Shown here: piece after piece, positions 59,641 through 64,000 of the stretch | Layout: each line of letters opens with the position of its first letter | Position numbering within the stretch: the stretch's first letter is position 1 | Source of the DNA: an uncultured Acidobacteriota bacterium | GTDB taxonomy: Bacteria; Acidobacteriota; JAQAZP01 | Reading direction: 5' to 3' | Length of the DNA stretch: 64,000 bases | Assembly (NCBI GenBank): GCA_963836075.1 | Contig: CAWIIB010000001.1 | Coordinates: forward strand, 672,001 to 736,000 | The notes under the pieces: generated by a model | Told to the model about the DNA's origin: nothing | Seen by the model: the letters and a program-made list of their open reading frames with translations, nothing else | The model's database searches: none | Translations under genes and position numbers: made by a program

Positions 59641-61925
59641 CCCCCCACCAGTTCCCGCAGCAGCGCCTGCACGCCTTCACGGTATCCGGCTTCACTACCC
59701 ACACAGGCCGGGCAGCCGTCGCGGCAGCCGCAGCGCTCCACCACGTCCCGGGCCGCGGCCAGCCAGACCTCCAGCTGGTCGTACCCGTGCTTCGCAAAAC
59801 CGATGCCGCCGGGGTGCAGGTCGTAAATGACCACCACCGTGTGTATCCCGGGCAGGCTGATCCCCTCCTCGCCCAGCTTCCCCGGCAGGGCCAGGGTCAC
59901 CACGCCGGAACAGATATCCCTGGCGTCGCAGAGGGCGAAGAGCGGCAGGGTCCGCTCCATCAGGTAGGCCAGGCCTCCGGCCGCCCGAGCCATGGACCGG
60001 CCGCCGGATGCCGCGGCGGTGCGGGGCAGGGCCAGCCAGACCCCCACGGTCTCCAGGGTGGTCTCCGGCAGGTCCAGTTCCTCAACTGCCAGGCCGGCCG
60101 GGGTTCGCGGGCCGAACTTGCGGAAGCCGCTGACCCGGCTGGTCACCGCCACCTCGGCCACGCCGGCCGGGGAACCGGATCCGGCAAGGGGCCGCGAGCT
60201 GATCTCGCTCCCCACGGCCAGCCGGATGTCGGTGACCGGCCGGGTGAGGTAGCCCGGGTCGTGCCTGGTCACCGCGGCGGTTCCGGTATCCAGATCCAGC
60301 GTGCTCACCAGCCAGGGTTCACCCAGATGGAGATAGACGGCACCGGGGTGCACCAGCAGGCCGGCGGCGCTCTGCTCCACCGTGCCCACCTCCTCTCCGG
60401 TCTCCTGGTCGCGGATGATCACGGTGTTCTGGGATGCGCTGCGCAGGCTCACCGCGCCGGCGGGGTGCTCCTCGCCCTTCCAACCCAGGCCACGGGCGGC
60501 CGGTCCCAGGTCACCCTGGTCCAGCAGTTGGGGCAGCAACTCGTCGAGCAGGGGGAAGAAACTGGTGTCGTCGGGGGTCAACGGGATCTCGGCGGCTGCG
60601 GCGGCCAGGTGCGCCCGGAGCACCAGCGGGTTCTCGGGGTTGATCACCGCCCGCTCCACCGGCGAGCCGAAAAAGAACTCCGGGTGGTTGGCGACATACT
60701 GATCGGTGGGGCTGTTCTCCGCCACCAGCAGGGTCAGTGAGGGCCCGTCGCGGCGGCCGGCGCGGCCGGCCCGCTGCCAGGTGGCGGCCACCGAGCCGGG
60801 GTAGCCGCAGAGCAGGCAGAGGTCCAGGCCGCCCACGTCGATGCCCAGCTCCAGGGCGGTGGTGGAGACCACCGCCTGCAGGGCGCCCGAGGACAGGTCC
60901 CGCTCCAGCCGGCGCCGTTCCTGTGGCAGGTAGCCCGAGCGGTAGGCGCTCACCGGGGCGGTCCCCCCGGCGACACCGGCTGTGGCCCCGGCCTGGCGGG
61001 CCAGGCGTTCAGCGGTCATCCGCGAGGGGACGAAGGCGATGGTGCGCACCTGGTGGGCCAGCGCCTCGCGGAGCATCCGCCCCCCTTCCTCCACCGCCCC
61101 CGGTTTGCGGCCATCCGTGGGGTTGGCCGGCGGGTTCCAGAAAATGAAGGTGCGCTCGCTGCGCGGGGCGCCGTCAGCGGATACGGCCAGCTGGGGAAGA
61201 CCGGTGAGCCGCTCAGCCAGTTCCGCCGGGTTGCCGATGGTGGCCGAGCAGCAGACAAAGACCGGGTCACGCCCGGAATAGAGACGGCAGACCCGGCGCA
61301 GGCGGCGGATCACGTTGGCCACGTGGGAACCGAAGACGCCGCGGTAGCCGTGTATCTCGTCGAGTACCACCAGCCGCAGGTTCTGGAAAAAGAACTGCCA
61401 GTGCCGCAGACCGTGGTTGGGCAGGATACCGGTGTGCAGCATGTCGGGATTGCTAAGGATGAAGTTTGCCTCACGGCGCAGCGGCCCCCGGGCGGCGGTG
61501 GGCGTGTCGCCGTCGTAGACCCCGGCGCGGAGGGTGAAGGAGGGGTCGCCGCCGGCCAGGGCCTGAAGCCCCCGCAGCTGGTCCTGGGCCAGGGCCTTGG
61601 TGGGAAAAAGCAGCAGCGAGCGGCTGGCCGGGTCGCTGAGCACCTGTTCCATCGCCGGCACCGTGTAGCAGAGTGATTTGCCGCTGGCCGTTCCGGTGGT
61701 CAGCACCACGTGGCTCCCGTTGCGCACCGCCGAGACGGCCTGGGCCTGGTGGCTGTAGAGCCTGCCGATGCCGGCGGCCTCGAGCATCCTCTCCACTGCC
61801 GGCGCCACGGCGAAGTCTTTCCCGGCATGGTCCGCCGGCTCGGCCGGCAACGTCCGGTGCTCGGCAATGCACTGCCGCCGCTCCCCCTCGCCGATGATCT
61901 GCTGCAGAATACTGTCCAACGACAT
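59637..61925 (-). CDS. DEAD/DEAH helicase with C-terminal DUF1998 zinc domain (YprA/MrfA-like)
   Basis: LYSHQ, TASGKS, PTKALAQDQ, DEIH.YRGVFGS, SATI, ALELGIDVG, QRAGRAGR, C.C..GCP.C. Confidence 0.9.
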   Translation of the reverse strand: MSLDSILQQIIGEGERRQCIAEHRTLPAEPADHAGKDFAVAPAVERMLEAAGIGRLYSHQAQAVSAVRNGSHVVLTTGTASGKSLCYTVPAMEQVLSDPASRSLLLFPTKALAQDQLRGLQALAGGDPSFTLRAGVYDGDTPTAARGPLRREANFILSNPDMLHTGILPNHGLRHWQFFFQNLRLVVLDEIHGYRGVFGSHVANVIRRLRRVCRLYSGRDPVFVCCSATIGNPAELAERLTGLPQLAVSADGAPRSERTFIFWNPPANPTDGRKPGAVEEGGRMLREALAHQVRTIAFVPSRMTAERLARQAGATAGVAGGTAPVSAYRSGYLPQERRRLERDLSSGALQAVVSTTALELGIDVGGLDLCLLCGYPGSVAATWQRAGRAGRRDGPSLTLLVAENSPTDQYVANHPEFFFGSPVERAVINPENPLVLRAHLAAAAAEIPLTPDDTSFFPLLDELLPQLLDQGDLGPAARGLGWKGEEHPAGAVSLRSASQNTVIIRDQETGEEVGTVEQSAAGLLVHPGAVYLHLGEPWLVSTLDLDTGTAAVTRHDPGYLTRPVTDIRLAVGSEISSRPLAGSGSPAGVAEVAVTSRVSGFRKFGPRTPAGLAVEELDLPETTLETVGVWLALPRTAAASGGRSMARAAGGLAYLMERTLPLFALCDARDICSGVVTLALPGKLGEEGISLPGIHTVVVIYDLHPGGIGFAKHGYDQLEVWLAAARDVVERCGCRDGCPACVGSEAGYREGVQALLRELVGG

Positions 61926-62051
61926 GGGGTTCTCCTGTGCGGCTTTACTCGTCCCCGGCCGAAATGATAGCGTCAGGGGGCCGCCGGGGGAACCCCGCGG
62001 CTCCCGGCGCCAATACAGATCACCCGAAATATCCTGCTGCGGAGTTCACCG

Positions 62052-63461
62052 ATGAGGCTCACTGCAACCGGCTGCATCGTCCTGCTGCTGCTCTTTTGCT
62101 GCTGTGCGGCATGGGCCGCCAGTAGCGACGGACCGGTGACTGAAATCGTCCTCGACTGCTCCCGGGCCATGAAAGCCACCGGCCCGGAACACGATTCCTC
62201 GATCCAGATGGCCTGGCAAGCCCTGGCCCACCACTACCTCGGCCTGGCCGCGGAGACGACCGGCACCCGCCGCCTGCCCGCCCTGCGCCTGGCTGGCGGT
62301 TCAGCCGGGGGGGACAACCAGTGGCGGCCCGATCAGCTGGTGCACGACGGCCGTTCCGGTCATTCGCCCTTTCGCCCCGGCTGTCCGCTGCCGCCGGCAC
62401 CCGCTGCCGGTGGGCTCCTGCCCCTTTCCCAGGCGCTCAGCGCCGCCGCCGGTGACCTGGCCCGCAACAGGAACCGCAGCCAGGGGTACATCCTGCTCAT
62501 CGCCGCCGGCTGGGAGGGCGGCACCGGCAATCCTCACGACCTGGCCAACGGATCACAGAGTGGAAACGGGGCCCCGGTGATCCACGTCATCGGTCTGGCT
62601 CCCCTGCCGGCCGAGGCGCGTCAGTTGCGGCAGCTGGCGGCAAAGAGCGGAGGGATCTACCGCGAGGTGGCCGGGCCGGCCGGTCTGGAGCAGGCGCTGC
62701 AGATCCTCGCCGGGTCCGGCGGCATCCTCTTCTCGGCTTCCACCGCGGACGGGGAGCCGCCGCCGCCCGGCTCGCGTCTGAGCATCGCCGACCGCCGCGG
62801 GTGGTATCGCCGGGACTTCGATTACCAGGCCTGGGCCCACCGCGGGGGGCAGACCTGGGTTCCGGCCGGGCCCTACGACCTGGAGCTGCACTGCTCCGGA
62901 CGGTCGTCGCCGTTTCCGGCGCCGCCGGTGTCGGTGGAACGGGGCCGGCTGTCCCGCTGCACGCTGGAGGTGCCCCACCGGGGTCAGCTCACCGTCCAGG
63001 TGACCTCCCCCGAGAAAACAGCCCGCCGGCCGGAATCCACCATCTCCATCTTTGACGGTGACGGCCAGCCGGTGTACCGGCTGAACTACCGTGACCAGTC
63101 CTCCATCCCGCTCTATCCCGGGGAATACCTGATGCGTGTCCGCCCCTACCCCGACCTGAACAGTTTCGGCGAGGAAACCAGATGGTTCCGGATCAAGGAA
63201 GGCGAGCCCACGGCGATCTACATCCACCTGCCCGCCGAGGGGCTGCTGGTCTTCGAACAGAGCGGCCCGGCGCCGCAGGTCCGGATCGAAGACCGTCAGG
63301 GCGCAGTGGTCTGGAACGGCATGGCGGACGGCACCCTGTCCCTGCCCGCAGGGCGCTACCGGATGCGTCTGCTGAACGAAGACCGGGAGCTGGTGAAATC
63401 GAAGCGCTTTCGCATCAGGGGCGGGGAGACGCGGCGGTTGGGGCCGTTCCAGACCGACTGA
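62052..63461 (+). CDS. secreted protein with degenerate vWA-like domain and C-terminal beta-sandwich repeats
   Basis: Signal peptide; IVLDCSRAM, IHVIGL, LA..SGG.Y; repeated PaG.Y motifs. Confidence 0.6.
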   Translation: MRLTATGCIVLLLLFCCCAAWAASSDGPVTEIVLDCSRAMKATGPEHDSSIQMAWQALAHHYLGLAAETTGTRRLPALRLAGGSAGGDNQWRPDQLVHDGRSGHSPFRPGCPLPPAPAAGGLLPLSQALSAAAGDLARNRNRSQGYILLIAAGWEGGTGNPHDLANGSQSGNGAPVIHVIGLAPLPAEARQLRQLAAKSGGIYREVAGPAGLEQALQILAGSGGILFSASTADGEPPPPGSRLSIADRRGWYRRDFDYQAWAHRGGQTWVPAGPYDLELHCSGRSSPFPAPPVSVERGRLSRCTLEVPHRGQLTVQVTSPEKTARRPESTISIFDGDGQPVYRLNYRDQSSIPLYPGEYLMRVRPYPDLNSFGEETRWFRIKEGEPTAIYIHLPAEGLLVFEQSGPAPQVRIEDRQGAVVWNGMADGTLSLPAGRYRMRLLNEDRELVKSKRFRIRGGETRRLGPFQTD

Positions 63462-64000
63462 TCATTTCTTCAGGCCGGCCAGCCGCAGCAGCCGCTGGGC
63501 CAGTTCCTGCTGCTCGTCCTTGTAACGGTTGAATAGCTGGAGCGCCTGCGACTGCCGTCCCATCTTGTAAAAGACGAACGCCAGGCAGAGGTTCACTTCC
63601 GGCAGGTCCGGGGCCACCTGGCGCACCATTTCCAGGTGGTCGTGGGCCTCCTCCAGCCGTCCCACCATGGAGAGGGCCAGGCCGAGGTGGAAGCGCGCCT
63701 CCAGGTCGCCTTCGTCGAGGTCCAGAGCCCTGCTCAGCGACCGTGCGGCGCCGGCGGCGTCTCCCTGCTCCAGCAGCAGGACGCCCACCTTGTAGTGCCC
63801 GTCGGGGTCCCGGGGGTTGAGGTCGGCGGCCCGTCGAAAAGCGGTGAGCGCCTGTTCCCGGCGGCCGGCCCGCCAGCGGACTTCGCCGAGGTAGTAGTGG
63901 CCGTCGGCATTGCGGTCCTGCAGTTCGATCACCTGCCGGAACTCCGATTCGGCCTCGCCCAGTGCGCCACGTTCCAGCAGCACCGCACCGAGGCAGAGCC
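63462..64000 (-). CDS. TPR protein (partial, start beyond window end)
   Basis: Tandem 34-aa TPRs (GHYYLG...A...F.RA..LNP; ARFHLG). Confidence 0.85.
   Translation of the reverse strand, partial: LCLGAVLLERGALGEAESEFRQVIELQDRNADGHYYLGEVRWRAGRREQALTAFRRAADLNPRDPDGHYKVGVLLLEQGDAAGAARSLSRALDLDEGDLEARFHLGLALSMVGRLEEAHDHLEMVRQVAPDLPEVNLCLAFVFYKMGRQSQALQLFNRYKDEQQELAQRLLRLAGLKK

Noticed and set aside
56069-61925. UvrD plus DUF1998 helicase as a DISARM-type defence island
   Set aside because: DUF1998 is fused to the helicase as in YprA/MrfA repair enzymes. There is no methyltransferase or PLD nuclease, and the context is housekeeping.

Overview
GC-rich bacterial chromosomal segment of about 50 genes. 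The gene mix suggests an Acidobacteriota or deltaproteobacterial-type organism (inference only). I found no rRNA, tRNA, CRISPR array or mobile element. Recognisable content: pcnB, nadE, dacB, an 11-subunit complex I operon (nuoABCDHIJKLMN, no nuoEFG), an AmmeMemoRadiSam/DUF362 cluster, CM-DAHP synthase, pssA/psd, tsaB, mutS, a UvrD helicase and a DUF1998 helicase. Main observations beyond the ORF track: (1) two split ORFs form one secreted candidate selenoprotein (in-frame TGA giving U-A-Y-C, SECIS-like hairpin, FG-GAP repeats). (2) A cassette between mutS and uvrD encodes a TPR protein, a secreted protein and an unannotated small ORF; the last two share SDPNPWE with only synonymous differences, a candidate peptide-signalling system. 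(3) NuoL has the 26-aa helix extension associated with two-NuoM complexes, yet the operon has one nuoM. (4) A MetRS paralog has lost both HIGH and KMSKS. (5) Three +1 frameshifts all lie at GTAC, hinting at methylation-linked sequencing errors. All family calls come from reading motifs by eye; no database searches were run.
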